Positions 45,239-54,925 are shown, counted from the first letter of the stretch. The stretch is 62,867 nt of DNA from a virus (IMGVR_UViG_3300042905_000668:1-62867), one strand, 5' to 3'. Numbers and translations are program-made. The notes: generated by a model from the sequence alone, not told the origin.

Positions 45239-45666
45239 ATTAGTACCTCAACTAAGGTGTTGCGCGGTTCAAAGTTGTAACGTTTCCACAAGCGCACAAT
45301 GGCTTCACGGCCACTACCTTGTATTTTCGTTGCCCCATGCGATTTAAGCAACTCTTTTAATTGCTCAAAAGTAGCTTGGTTAGAAATCAATTTACCGCCA
45401 ATGCAAGTAACAAACGCTACCCTATGAAGCGGGTAGTTTATAAAGGACACAGTGCAAGCACCATGGATTTGTTTCTCTTCGTCAATAGCAACTAACAGAA
45501 GCCACTGCCCAGAAGTTACATATTGTTGTACGTGGTCGATGTTGTAACAATACGCCCAGTCAGGAAAATCATGACCTTTGTTTAATGCGTCTTCAATGTA
45601 CGGTTTTACCGTAGGCCATATTTGGTGGATATAGCTTACATCTACAGAACGGATTGTTAGGTTCAT
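45235..45666 (-). CDS. GNAT-fold acyltransferase-like virion assembly protein
   Basis: IWPTV..IEDAL, IHGA, AFVTCIGG, GATKIQGSGR..VRLW..YNF; position analogous to T7 gp13. Confidence 0.6.
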   Translation of the reverse strand: MNLTIRSVDVSYIHQIWPTVKPYIEDALNKGHDFPDWAYCYNIDHVQQYVTSGQWLLLVAIDEEKQIHGACTVSFINYPLHRVAFVTCIGGKLISNQATFEQLKELLKSHGATKIQGSGREAIVRLWKRYNFEPRNTLVEVLI

Positions 45667-46805
45667 TCGACATCATCCATCAAAGATGCAATACCGCCTT
45701 CAGCACGGCGCATCACGTTAGGGGTGCCACGGAGACCAGCAGACCTACCCACAATAGGAGATGTTGGGCCAGACGATGTACGTTGTGGCACAGGCTGTGG
45801 CGCGGGTTGTGCAGGGGCAAAGTACCCAGAATTGTCATACCCACTACCGTAACCCCCATAAGAGGATTGGTAGCTTGGTTGGTAGCTTGACTGATAGCTA
45901 GGTTGTTGAAAGCTAAATGGAGATTGCATCTGGGGTTGGTAGCTTGGTTGTTGAAAGCTAAATGGGGATTGCATTTGCATCTGTGGTTGATAGCTTTGTT
46001 GTTGAAAGCTAAATGGGGACTGTGCTTGAGTACGGAACAAACCATCAGGATAGCCACCGCCGGAGCCACCACCAAACCCACCACCAAAGCCACCACCAAA
46101 GCCACCACCAAACCCAGAACTATTGGTGTAAGGGTTAAATGGCTGTTGTGTCTGCGGCATAGACATCTGAGGGCCGTAGTTGTTATAACCACCAAACGAT
46201 TGAATATCCGTGCGGTTAATACCACTATCTCGCATGAAATCTAAAGTATTACTTATATTTGAGTTTGGATTTTGTTGAAAGTAATTACCAATTGTGTTGT
46301 TAATGTTGCCACGAGACATGCCGGAGTTAAAAGCTGGCGATTGCACGGGCTGTGTGCCATATGTGCTTGTATCAAACTGCGTAGCAGGCCGAGCGTAGTT
46401 TTGGTATGACGTGTTGTAGATGGGCTGAAAAAATTGATCAGAACCCGCCATGGGTCTGCCAGTAGGTGAAGTCATACCAGCGTTCTGCACCATTCCACTC
46501 CAGTTAGAGTCAGACGGTTTGCCATACATTTGGCTTGCGGAATCTTTAATTTGATTACTGGTAAACCCTTGGTTTAACAATTCGTTGTATGCAGTGCCGG
46601 ATTTTTCCCAAGGAATACCTTTCATAGCACTTAGAGTGTCATACCCTTGTTGGGTATTGACAGCCATATTAGCGTACGGAGGGGGAGGAGGAGCGATTAC
46701 AGCAGGTGTCGCAACTTCTGCGGAACCACCGCCTCCACCTCCACCGCCGCCAAAGCAACGACGTACACCGTTATAGTAGCCATTAAATTTGTTTGGAATG
46801 ATCAT
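45663..46805 (-). CDS. Low-complexity S/Y/G/Q-rich protein with leader + poly-Gly N-terminus and C-terminal AEGG motif
   Basis: AAGGA RBS, ATGA overlap with GNAT gene; composition read from the translation. Confidence 0.75.
   Translation of the reverse strand: MIIPNKFNGYYNGVRRCFGGGGGGGGGSAEVATPAVIAPPPPPYANMAVNTQQGYDTLSAMKGIPWEKSGTAYNELLNQGFTSNQIKDSASQMYGKPSDSNWSGMVQNAGMTSPTGRPMAGSDQFFQPIYNTSYQNYARPATQFDTSTYGTQPVQSPAFNSGMSRGNINNTIGNYFQQNPNSNISNTLDFMRDSGINRTDIQSFGGYNNYGPQMSMPQTQQPFNPYTNSSGFGGGFGGGFGGGFGGGSGGGYPDGLFRTQAQSPFSFQQQSYQPQMQMQSPFSFQQPSYQPQMQSPFSFQQPSYQSSYQPSYQSSYGGYGSGYDNSGYFAPAQPAPQPVPQRTSSGPTSPIVGRSAGLRGTPNVMRRAEGGIASLMDDVE
45867..46115 (-). repeat. Coding tandem repeats (QSPFSFQQxSYQ x3; GGGF x3-4)
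   Basis: 45/51-nt units containing GTTGTTGAAAGCTAAATGG and 12-nt CCACCACCAAA(G/C) units. Confidence 0.85.
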
Positions 46806-46814
46806 GGCTGTTCC

Positions 46815-47861
46815 TTATGCGTATGTGGGCATGTACTTGCGCGGATCAATCTCTTTACCCTGAGACTTACGACCTGTGCGGGCTTTACGCACTTTGTCCA
46901 TCATGGCGTAGAGTTGTTTAGCGCCTGCATCAGAGGAGCCGTTACCAAGGTGGGAGACCACATCAGCGGGGACTACAAACTCTTCAGTGGCTAAACGAGC
47001 GGGGCGCTTACCTCCGATGCTTGCAGGGATGCTGTCAGACATACCATCACCCGGGCCTTTGAGCATGCGGCCACCACGTGCGTAATCAGAGTAACTACCT
47101 AGATTAGAGATACCACCAGCGGCCATATTAGAAGAATACATAGGCTCTTCGCCAACCATACGGTCATAACCACCTGCGGTTAGATCAGTGATACCACCCT
47201 CTGCGTAAGGAGTAACGCCACGATAGTCCGAACTAAGACGAAAACGTTTTAGAGGGCCGTTATATTCTTCAGGTTCAAAGGGGTCGGGTCTTGCGCCAAT
47301 AGCACCGGCTAAACCAGCGGAGGCGGCAGTAAAAGGATTAGCCTTTAATGAAGCCATTGGGTCACTGGCAAACTTAGCCATACCCTCACCAAAGGTTGGA
47401 GCGGGTGGAGGGGGAACCACTGAAGGTGCGGTAGGTAAAAACGGAGAAGTAGAAGCGGCGGGTAGGCCAGAGATACCTGCATTTGCCGACAATGGAAACG
47501 CCTGATTCATTGCCGCATTAACACCAGAGGTGGTGTTTGCCAACTGGCTTGCTTGCGCAAAACTTTGACCCGCTGGAATTGGTGTAAACCCAGTAGTAGC
47601 AACTGGGTTAGCTAACATATTTGATACAGGCAAAGCATTAGACATTGCCGCATTTGTAGCCGCCTCAGTACCCGCAGTAGCCAAAGCCGCTTCTGTACCA
47701 GCAGCCGCACTACCGCCCAAAGCACCACCGATACCAGCACCGGCACCACCGGTCAAGCCTCCAAGAAGAGCACCTTTAAGAGGATCGCCACCAGTCAAAG
47801 CGGCAGAGCCACCACCCATTGCCGCGCCAAGCAGCATTGCTTCACCAACTCCAGTACCCAT
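46815..47861 (-). CDS. Ejection-type protein: Gly-rich hydrophobic N-terminus, four xxGG motifs, C-terminal GPGDGMSDSIPA...EFVVPA domain
   Basis: Motifs read from the translation. Confidence 0.75.
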   Translation of the reverse strand: MGTGVGEAMLLGAAMGGGSAALTGGDPLKGALLGGLTGGAGAGIGGALGGSAAAGTEAALATAGTEAATNAAMSNALPVSNMLANPVATTGFTPIPAGQSFAQASQLANTTSGVNAAMNQAFPLSANAGISGLPAASTSPFLPTAPSVVPPPPAPTFGEGMAKFASDPMASLKANPFTAASAGLAGAIGARPDPFEPEEYNGPLKRFRLSSDYRGVTPYAEGGITDLTAGGYDRMVGEEPMYSSNMAAGGISNLGSYSDYARGGRMLKGPGDGMSDSIPASIGGKRPARLATEEFVVPADVVSHLGNGSSDAGAKQLYAMMDKVRKARTGRKSQGKEIDPRKYMPTYA

Positions 47862-47895
47862 GATAGGCTCCTCTATGTTTTGTCATATTCTAGTA

Positions 47896-48342
47896 CTAAG
47901 GGGTCATTGTGCCAACTGCCCCAGCCCCAGAAATACCGGTTAATTCAATTGTTTTTGTAACACCAATTGTTCCTACCGTTCCAACCCCAGAAATACCCGT
48001 TAACCCAAATATTTCTGCAAAGCTAACCGATCCAACTGCGCCAGAAGCAGAAACTCCAACTACACTGCCCGGCACTTTGATACGCAAGACATTGGTTCCC
48101 TCATGCAAGGTTCCACCTTCGGTATCTCTGTAAACGTCACCTAGCCGCAAATTAACATAATCTGCATCGGTTGGTAATGTACGTAAGTCAAGATTCAAAC
48201 TTGCTAAATTAAGTTGTTGTACCGTGTTAATGTTATTAAAAAATAACCGAATTACATTACTCAAAGCATTCATGTACGCAACATCGTACTGAGCCGGTGC
48301 TTGTGGTATGTTTGGTGAAGATCGGTTCTGAAGCATGGACAT
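47896..48342 (-). CDS. Virion protein with C-terminal TGxSxxGxVG repeats
   Basis: Follows the nozzle gene; repeats resemble 58868-59593. Confidence 0.7.
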   Translation of the reverse strand: MSMLQNRSSPNIPQAPAQYDVAYMNALSNVIRLFFNNINTVQQLNLASLNLDLRTLPTDADYVNLRLGDVYRDTEGGTLHEGTNVLRIKVPGSVVGVSASGAVGSVSFAEIFGLTGISGVGTVGTIGVTKTIELTGISGAGAVGTMTP

Positions 48343-48345
48343 AGG

Positions 48346-50469
48346 TTATCTCCTACCGTCCGCTTTAATGTCTAATCTAGGCGCACCTAATTGCCATGTT
48401 GTACCAAGTTGGGTAGATGCGATTTTAAATATCATCTGGCGACCACGAGCACGGGTGTAAATAATCCCAGTGTATTCTTCTGTAATGTTGTAGGTAGAAC
48501 CTTTAGTAACAGTACCATTAGCCGCAGTGCCAGTGCCGGAACCAGAGCTTTGCAGAGGGTATAAAGTCATAGTCACCGCAGGGGCTGGAATTCCCGAGCC
48601 TGATGTGCCCGCCGTACTAGATGAACCTGTAAATGTTAAGTCGGGTACTACACGCCACACATAACCAAAATTATGACCATCACCAATGTCAAATTCTGAC
48701 GAAGAAATATAAGCCTCAATAGGCGTAATGTTGCCAAGATCGTAAGCATCAACACCGTCTTCGTGTTGAACCAATTCGTAGTTGTAAGTAGCCGCAACAG
48801 GTAAAGGTAACAGACCTGAATCAAGCCATGCAGTACGGCCCAAGTTACCGTAATACCAAACGTTTTCTATGTAGTTGTACACTACATAACGGTCATTTTC
48901 CAAACTGTCTGCGGAACAATAGAACCACCAGATTTCGTTAAAACCTTCGTTTGTACCGGCGTAGACTTGTTCTGTTTGAAGTGTATTAAAGTCACTAAAA
49001 ATATAGCGGCGTAAGTCGCAATTTAAAGTTTGTACACGGCCATCGTATTTGTAAAACTTATCAATACCCATCCAATACACCGCGCCTGATGCAATGACAG
49101 CGGCATTAGGGCCAATGATAGATACGTTATCTGCAATAAGTTGTGCTGTCCACACAAAAGGCGGGCCTACGTACTGAAATGAATACAGCGAAGAATCTGT
49201 AAACACCACAATCTCTTGGCGAGACTGCACAGCGGTAACAATTTGGGAGCCGTGGGATAGTTGCAAACTACCTGCTTGATTTGTAGCCTGTGGAGTCCAT
49301 GTGTATGGGTCATCTGAATCAGACCAACGAATTAACATTGGGTTTAGTACGCTACTACCATAATCGTTTGTACCAAATATAACCACAAAACGGCTGGCAT
49401 CAGATACAAGAAGATAGTTTTGATAAATAGGCGTATCGTCATCGCCTGCATCAGCCAGATCAATACCGCGTTGAGATATACGCTGGATGCCAGACTGACC
49501 ACCAGAAGTTGTAATTGGAGAGCCAGCAATACTGGTAGATACATTGAATGTACCACCCGTGGAGTTCACTACAAAATACACTTGCCCAACAGTTAGTCCT
49601 GTAGGTAATGCGCCTGTAGAAGTAAATGAAATAGTTGTACCATCAGGGAACGAAAACCCAGCGGGCAGAGTAATTTGCCCCGGTGCGGCAATACTGATTG
49701 TGATTTGAATAGGTGAGTAACCTACGTTGGCACTCCAATAGTAGATGCCTTGACCGCGAGGGCCATAGATTAAATCTTCACCAAAGTTTTGCTGACTCCA
49801 CAGTTGCAAAGCCGTAGATGTAGTTTGCCCATTACCCCATGTACCTGCACCCCAAGGGCCAGCACCCCAACCAACCAACGGCACCTGATATGCGGGGCCA
49901 GTATTTACTTCGTATTGCGTTACGACCGTACCACCACCGGGGGAGCCAGAAGCATCTGTGGCATTTGCAGTAGCCGATACTGTAATGGTGTAGTTGTCAT
50001 CGTCAACAAACGTAATTTGAAAAGCGCCTGTTAGCACTGCGGCAGTGATGTTGCCACCAAGCCCTACGATACCCGCACCACTATAAATAACCGTATCACC
50101 ATCGGTACATCCATGGTCTACATCAGAAACCGCTATGACGGCTGAACCATTAGTTGCCGTAAATGGGTTTGTTAATGTAACCGTTGTACGTATTGGCGTA
50201 ATATCATAATAGTCACTACCTTTAAGAATATAAAAATATAAGTTAGTGCCAACACCAACTAAACTTTCACCCGTAAGCGTAATCCAGTTCCACAGAGAAC
50301 GGCATACGCCTTCAAAAGTACTACCAGCAAATGGAGTCCAACCACCAATCTTCTCAGGGTTGCCTTGACGAAAACGAATCTTGTCGCCCTCATACCAACC
50401 GCCCTCGGTGGTATAGCGTGTGTTTTCCCGGTTAACCCCCGGCTTAAACAGAAATTTTTGTAATGGCAT
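48346..50469 (-). CDS. Tail nozzle/stabilisation protein (tail tubular B / P22 gp10-like) with inserted beta domains
   Basis: KPG...RFR.G.PEKIGGW, LIRWSD, AGSLQL, YWMG..FY.YDG, EIWWFY, RARGRQ, DGRR C-terminus. Confidence 0.8.
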   Translation of the reverse strand: MPLQKFLFKPGVNRENTRYTTEGGWYEGDKIRFRQGNPEKIGGWTPFAGSTFEGVCRSLWNWITLTGESLVGVGTNLYFYILKGSDYYDITPIRTTVTLTNPFTATNGSAVIAVSDVDHGCTDGDTVIYSGAGIVGLGGNITAAVLTGAFQITFVDDDNYTITVSATANATDASGSPGGGTVVTQYEVNTGPAYQVPLVGWGAGPWGAGTWGNGQTTSTALQLWSQQNFGEDLIYGPRGQGIYYWSANVGYSPIQITISIAAPGQITLPAGFSFPDGTTISFTSTGALPTGLTVGQVYFVVNSTGGTFNVSTSIAGSPITTSGGQSGIQRISQRGIDLADAGDDDTPIYQNYLLVSDASRFVVIFGTNDYGSSVLNPMLIRWSDSDDPYTWTPQATNQAGSLQLSHGSQIVTAVQSRQEIVVFTDSSLYSFQYVGPPFVWTAQLIADNVSIIGPNAAVIASGAVYWMGIDKFYKYDGRVQTLNCDLRRYIFSDFNTLQTEQVYAGTNEGFNEIWWFYCSADSLENDRYVVYNYIENVWYYGNLGRTAWLDSGLLPLPVAATYNYELVQHEDGVDAYDLGNITPIEAYISSSEFDIGDGHNFGYVWRVVPDLTFTGSSSTAGTSGSGIPAPAVTMTLYPLQSSGSGTGTAANGTVTKGSTYNITEEYTGIIYTRARGRQMIFKIASTQLGTTWQLGAPRLDIKADGRR

Positions 50470-50478
50470 GGGCTACCT

Positions 50479-50916
50479 TTATTTACTGGCAACGCCTTTG
50501 GTCTTCTCAAAAGAACGCATACCGGCAATGCCCAAGATGCCTGATAATATCACCCAAAGCTGGTCTGCGTCTAGTACCGGAGGGGGATCCATACCCACTG
50601 GAACCCAACCCATAGCCTGCAAATATTTCCAGCACCACTGGAATAGTGGGTAGAGTAGAAACTGATACCCCATAGCTGCTACGCCGATCCAACCGATGGC
50701 GGGACGCCAGCCACTGACAAACACGCTACTGGAAGCGGCTTCAATTTTGTTGACCTCGATCTGGGCTAGGTCTGTAGCTTGGTCTATGCGCTTCTCTTCA
50801 AGATCGAGCTTACGTTGCTCAATCTCCATCTCCATCTTTTCTTTGTCAGTGGTGATTAGATCGCCCGCAACCTTGCCAACAGCTTCAATAATTGATCCAA
50901 CAGCAAGCAGGCTCAT
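50479..50916 (-). CDS. Holin (3TM GTA-type holin-like; start re-called at MSLLAV)
   Basis: EAASSSVFVSGWRPAIGW, ILGIAGMRSFEK; overlaps endolysin stop. Confidence 0.85.
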   Translation of the reverse strand: MSLLAVGSIIEAVGKVAGDLITTDKEKMEMEIEQRKLDLEEKRIDQATDLAQIEVNKIEAASSSVFVSGWRPAIGWIGVAAMGYQFLLYPLFQWCWKYLQAMGWVPVGMDPPPVLDADQLWVILSGILGIAGMRSFEKTKGVASK

Positions 50917-51428
50917 TTCAAACCTTTCAGTGTGCGGTTTAGCCAGCCCTTGAGGAACTTTACTTGCACGGGGTTCTTGTTGCAAATCTCAACGTAACGG
51001 GCAATCTTTGCCAAGGCATAGGACTCTTTAAACCGCTGGCCGTCTGAAATCTGGTTGAGCTTCTCAATGGTTTTAGCACCAATACCACCATCTGGCGTAG
51101 CACCTACCACGAGTTGCGCCAGCTTTACAGCCATGCCCATACCAGCATTGACGCCAAAGTTGAAGATGGTGTTGGCTACGTCTTGATTTGAAATCTCGTT
51201 ACCGCGCATCTTGTCCCAAAATTCAATCCGGTAGAACTCGCGCACCATAGGAGTCAGGGAGCCACCAAACTCCTTCTTATCCACAAGCGCCCAGCCGGGC
51301 CACTGAGGGTTTTTATTACGTGCTATGCCAGCATAGGTCATACCCCCGGTGTCGCCGGGTACTTCGTGGAGGACGTAGCCGCCCTCGTCTTGCATCATTA
51401 ACTCAAAGGCTGGTTCAAACTGCGCCAT
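50913..51428 (-). CDS. Endolysin, glycoside hydrolase family 108 with C-terminal PG-binding-3 motif
   Basis: EGGY, DTGGMTYAGI, FNFGVNAG, DGGIGAKT, FLKGWLNR. Confidence 0.9.
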   Translation of the reverse strand: MAQFEPAFELMMQDEGGYVLHEVPGDTGGMTYAGIARNKNPQWPGWALVDKKEFGGSLTPMVREFYRIEFWDKMRGNEISNQDVANTIFNFGVNAGMGMAVKLAQLVVGATPDGGIGAKTIEKLNQISDGQRFKESYALAKIARYVEICNKNPVQVKFLKGWLNRTLKGLK

Positions 51429-51432
51429 TTCT

Positions 51433-51888
51433 TTACCCCTTCAAGTCAAAACTAAGATTGGGATGGCGGGGATACTGCACAACACGCTCACCTTCAGGGC
51501 ATTTGTATTTGATGGTCGCAAGCAAGGTGGCTTTGCCGGGGGCAATCTTTTCTTTTCTTACCATCGTGAGTTGGTATGTGAACGTGTCAATTTCTGGCCC
51601 CGCTGGGCCGCTGAACTTGCTTGCAGTAGTGGTTGCTTCATGCACCATACCTGCCGCATCACGGATGCTTGGCGTAAAACTTTCAACAGAACAGTCGTCC
51701 CGCTTTTTGATCCGAGCAACCGTCACATTAATGGGCTTACCCGCCTCGGCCACAATTTTAAAATGCTCTGGAGTCCATTCAATGATGGCTCGGTCAAAAA
51801 AGCCAAACTTATCGGCAAGCGTGTAACTACCCCCTAGTGCGGCAACACTAGCGGCAACGGCTCCGATGGCTTTGGTAAGGTCAACCAT
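51433..51888 (-). CDS. N-anchored membrane protein with periplasmic beta domain (lysis cassette)
   Basis: Hydrophobic IGAVAASVAALGG; two Cys (DDC, YKCP); start re-called at MVDLTK. Confidence 0.65.
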   Translation of the reverse strand: MVDLTKAIGAVAASVAALGGSYTLADKFGFFDRAIIEWTPEHFKIVAEAGKPINVTVARIKKRDDCSVESFTPSIRDAAGMVHEATTTASKFSGPAGPEIDTFTYQLTMVRKEKIAPGKATLLATIKYKCPEGERVVQYPRHPNLSFDLKG

Positions 51889-51982
51889 ATAAACTCCAAC
51901 TCCATGCAATCATGTACGTGCCAAAGATCACGAAGGCCACAATAAGGGCCGCCGCAATGAATGCTTCAGCCCAGTCCCACAT
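51881..51982 (-). CDS. 33-aa hydrophobic peptide (not in ORF track)
   Basis: MWDWAEAFIAAALIVAFVIFGTYMIAWSWSLYG fills the gap between two genes. Confidence 0.55.
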   Translation of the reverse strand: MWDWAEAFIAAALIVAFVIFGTYMIAWSWSLYG

Positions 51983-51984
51983 GA

Positions 51985-52326
51985 TCAGGCGTTCAGTGCA
52001 TCCAAACGACCCCATGCCCAATCGGTAGCGGCAGAGGGATCAAACGGAATAGTGGCTGTAGGATCGCCGGGGTTTGCTGGGTCAGGTAATGTCCAACCTG
52101 CGCCCACTGTTGTCAAATACGCCAACAGGTCAGCTTTAGTTGCGATAGCTTCAGCGTCACCAATGTCATCGGTTTCAGAGATGCCAACCATAACCATGTC
52201 ACGGGGGCTAGGGGTGCTAGGGTCAGCAACCACGTACACACCGCCAACGCCTTCAGCGTGTAGGCAGAGGAATGTAGGGACTGTGCCGTCAGCGGCTAAA
52301 CGATACTTCATCATGCGATGTGCCAT
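51985..52326 (-). CDS. Hypothetical protein
   Basis: KYRLAADGTVP motif; AAGGAG RBS. Confidence 0.8.
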   Translation of the reverse strand: MAHRMMKYRLAADGTVPTFLCLHAEGVGGVYVVADPSTPSPRDMVMVGISETDDIGDAEAIATKADLLAYLTTVGAGWTLPDPANPGDPTATIPFDPSAATDWAWGRLDALNA

Positions 52327-52328
52327 TT

Positions 52329-53039
52329 TTATGCTCCTTGGGCGTACTGCCCGCTAAAAAGATATGCGCCAAAATGTCCAAGTTCGCACCAAGGTGCAGC
52401 CCAGACAGTTCCACCATGCTCACGGTACAAGTGGCAGAAGTTGTAGTCCTCAGACAGAAGTTCGTGGTCGTAGTTCTGTACCTTAAAGTAGTCGTACACC
52501 TTCTCGCCTTTGGGGATAGTTACACCCCCGTTGTCATACCAGCCCACATGAGGCTGTAGTTTCTCAAAAACATCGCGGCGGATCAACATAAACCCTGTGC
52601 CGATATGCTTGACCTGAAACGGCAAGTCTGGGCTAATCATCTCGTGACCATCCAGCTTGTTTAAATTAAAAATGCCCGTGAGGGCAGCTAAGTTAGGATG
52701 GTTCAGAACAGCGCCCTGACGCACTCTGTCCCAGTTGATCCCCTTCATGGGGACTGGGCCACCCACAATACCTTTGTCAGCTTTAATCATTCGGGCAATG
52801 TCGTTTGCCACAAACTTCTGGTCAGCGTCAATAAAGATCAGGTGGGTTGCATCCTGCATCTGCATAAAGTGGTGCGCTATGGTATTCCTGCCACGTTGCA
52901 CCAAACTTTCATTGCCAAGGAATACGCAGGTCAGTTTGATGTTGTTCATCAAGCAGGCTTCCTTGAGCGCCAGCAGGGACTGCACGTATTCCGAGCAGCA
53001 CTGGCCACCATACATTGGAGTTCCAACAACGAGGTGCAT
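52329..53039 (-). CDS. Glycosyltransferase (GT-A fold)
   Basis: TPMYGG, ESLVQRGRN, THLIFIDAD (DxD), GTGFMLIRR, LSEDYNFC, LGHFG. Confidence 0.85.
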   Translation of the reverse strand: MHLVVGTPMYGGQCCSEYVQSLLALKEACLMNNIKLTCVFLGNESLVQRGRNTIAHHFMQMQDATHLIFIDADQKFVANDIARMIKADKGIVGGPVPMKGINWDRVRQGAVLNHPNLAALTGIFNLNKLDGHEMISPDLPFQVKHIGTGFMLIRRDVFEKLQPHVGWYDNGGVTIPKGEKVYDYFKVQNYDHELLSEDYNFCHLYREHGGTVWAAPWCELGHFGAYLFSGQYAQGA

Positions 53040-53884
53040 TACGCGGCCTTCTGCTCTGGGTTAGGAGCCATCTCTAGCGCAGGAGAGTTGGTCAAAGACG
53101 AACGGTCAAATACGGAGAAGCCACGGCGGGCAGCAAAGGTAGCAGGGTCTTTGGCCCACTTTGCTGCGCAGGCTTCCAGCCAACGCACGGTCATTTCGTG
53201 TGTAGGAGCAGTACCGCTGGAGATCAGTTGGTTCTCCATGTTCAAGTATGCAAACACTTCAGCCTGCGCTTGAGCGGCGTTAATGCCCAAGTCAAACAAG
53301 TAGATCATGTTGCCTTCATCAATCGTGCCATTGCGTGAACGCGCCGCATTGAGGGCCTGCTTCATGCAGGTCATGATGTGGTACTTGGACTCTTCCTGCT
53401 CGTAGTCTTCTTCGGTGATCTCGTTCTTGCCAACAGCTTCTAGCAATTGCTTGTGCTGATTCACCATGAAGTTCATTTTGCGCAATGCACCATTGACATG
53501 GTTCTGCGTTCCTTCGAGGTGGCTGTTGAGTTCCAAAATCTCAATCTCAAGCAGTTCACGGTCAAGCGGATCGGTCGAGGCTTCCAGATCACGCTCTTTC
53601 TTTTTTAACTCGTTTTGCTTTTTACGCAGGCCGATGTAGGCTTCTTGCAAGGCAGACTTGGTTCTGTCAATCTCGGCAAGGGTGTGCTTAATAGAACGGA
53701 TCGGGGTGATGGCTGTTACGTCCAGCGTCACCGACATGAATTGGCTATGAGACTTGTGGAAGTTGCTGGTGTCGCGTGTGACAGCAGGCATCCGGTCTTG
53801 GATGTTTTTCAACATCAAGTTGTACTCTGGTTTTGTTACGACCAGCGCAGTGTTCATGTTGCCAAGAATCAGTTCATTGCTCAA
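53039..53884 (-). CDS. Coiled-coil protein associated with the propeller cassette (TTG start re-called)
   Basis: AGGAG RBS before TTG; central heptad region; DEGN..YL..LGI motif. Confidence 0.75.
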   Translation of the reverse strand: MSNELILGNMNTALVVTKPEYNLMLKNIQDRMPAVTRDTSNFHKSHSQFMSVTLDVTAITPIRSIKHTLAEIDRTKSALQEAYIGLRKKQNELKKKERDLEASTDPLDRELLEIEILELNSHLEGTQNHVNGALRKMNFMVNQHKQLLEAVGKNEITEEDYEQEESKYHIMTCMKQALNAARSRNGTIDEGNMIYLFDLGINAAQAQAEVFAYLNMENQLISSGTAPTHEMTVRWLEACAAKWAKDPATFAARRGFSVFDRSSLTNSPALEMAPNPEQKAA

Positions 53885-53912
53885 AGGGTTCTCCTGTTTG
53901 TGGGGGATTCCA

Positions 53913-54923
53913 TCATAAACCACCGTGGCAGTTGGAACAAGCTCCAACTATATTGTTTGCGTCTACTGCGGTTAATGTTAAGTCACCAAAATCTGTAGCA
54001 TTGCCTGTAGTGGCAATAGTTATGTAATCCATCACATTAGAATTAGAACCAGTAGTTCCTCCGCCAAAGACTCCTCTAGTTGGAGACGAGCAGCCTGCAA
54101 GTCCATAACGTGCAACTGTTAAATCACCAAAATCTGTGGCATTACCAGCAGACGCAATTGTTACGTAATCAATAATGTTTGAATACCCACCACCAAAACC
54201 TCCAGCAAAAACACCTCTTGTATTTGATGAACAAGAAGCAGGCTGATATCTTGCAAGGGTTAAATCACCAAAATCCGTTGCGTTGCCCGTGGATGCAATA
54301 GTAACGTACTGAATTACATTAGTTGCGGCAGCGGCATTTTCTCCACCGCCGATTATTCCTCGGGTTGTAGAAGCGCAGCCCGTTGAATTGTCTAAGACAG
54401 TAGTTAAATCTCCAAAGTCTGTAGTGTTTCCTGTTGATGCAATAGTGACATATTGAATGACGTTGACGCGCCCAATACTTTCACTACCCCCAGCCCAAAT
54501 GCCTCTTGTCTCATTTGAAAGAGCAGCTAATCGCTCTATCCTTGCTAATGTATTTCCAAAAACTACAGAGTTTCCTAATGTTGCAATGGTGACATAAGCT
54601 ATAGAAGTTGGAGTATCGTAATCGGTTCCAAAAAGTCCTCTTGTTGAAGACGCGCATCCAGCATTCTGGGGCATGCTAGGCTGAAGATTTCCAAAATCTA
54701 TTGAATTACCTGTAGATTGAATAGATATGTAGGTAATATCATCTGACTTGCCAAACAATCCTCGCTGAAAAGTATTCCCAGCAATCGGCCACAGCCCTTG
54801 CTGAATCCAAAATGTTGCTTGATCCAATGTCCAGACACCGGGAGCCGCGCCGTCTTGAAACGGGCCAGCAGGAGCAACGGGTACGGGTCTGATGATCCCT
54901 GCGTTCCATGAAGAGATTGCCAT
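53913..54923 (-). CDS. Kelch-like beta-propeller virion protein 3 (6 xGNxxDFGDL repeats)
   Basis: Repeat YVTIASTGNATDFGDL...ACSS.TRG.F.GG; ends SNCHGGL. Confidence 0.8.
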   Translation of the reverse strand: MAISSWNAGIIRPVPVAPAGPFQDGAAPGVWTLDQATFWIQQGLWPIAGNTFQRGLFGKSDDITYISIQSTGNSIDFGNLQPSMPQNAGCASSTRGLFGTDYDTPTSIAYVTIATLGNSVVFGNTLARIERLAALSNETRGIWAGGSESIGRVNVIQYVTIASTGNTTDFGDLTTVLDNSTGCASTTRGIIGGGENAAAATNVIQYVTIASTGNATDFGDLTLARYQPASCSSNTRGVFAGGFGGGYSNIIDYVTIASAGNATDFGDLTVARYGLAGCSSPTRGVFGGGTTGSNSNVMDYITIATTGNATDFGDLTLTAVDANNIVGACSNCHGGL

Positions 54924-54925
54924 TT

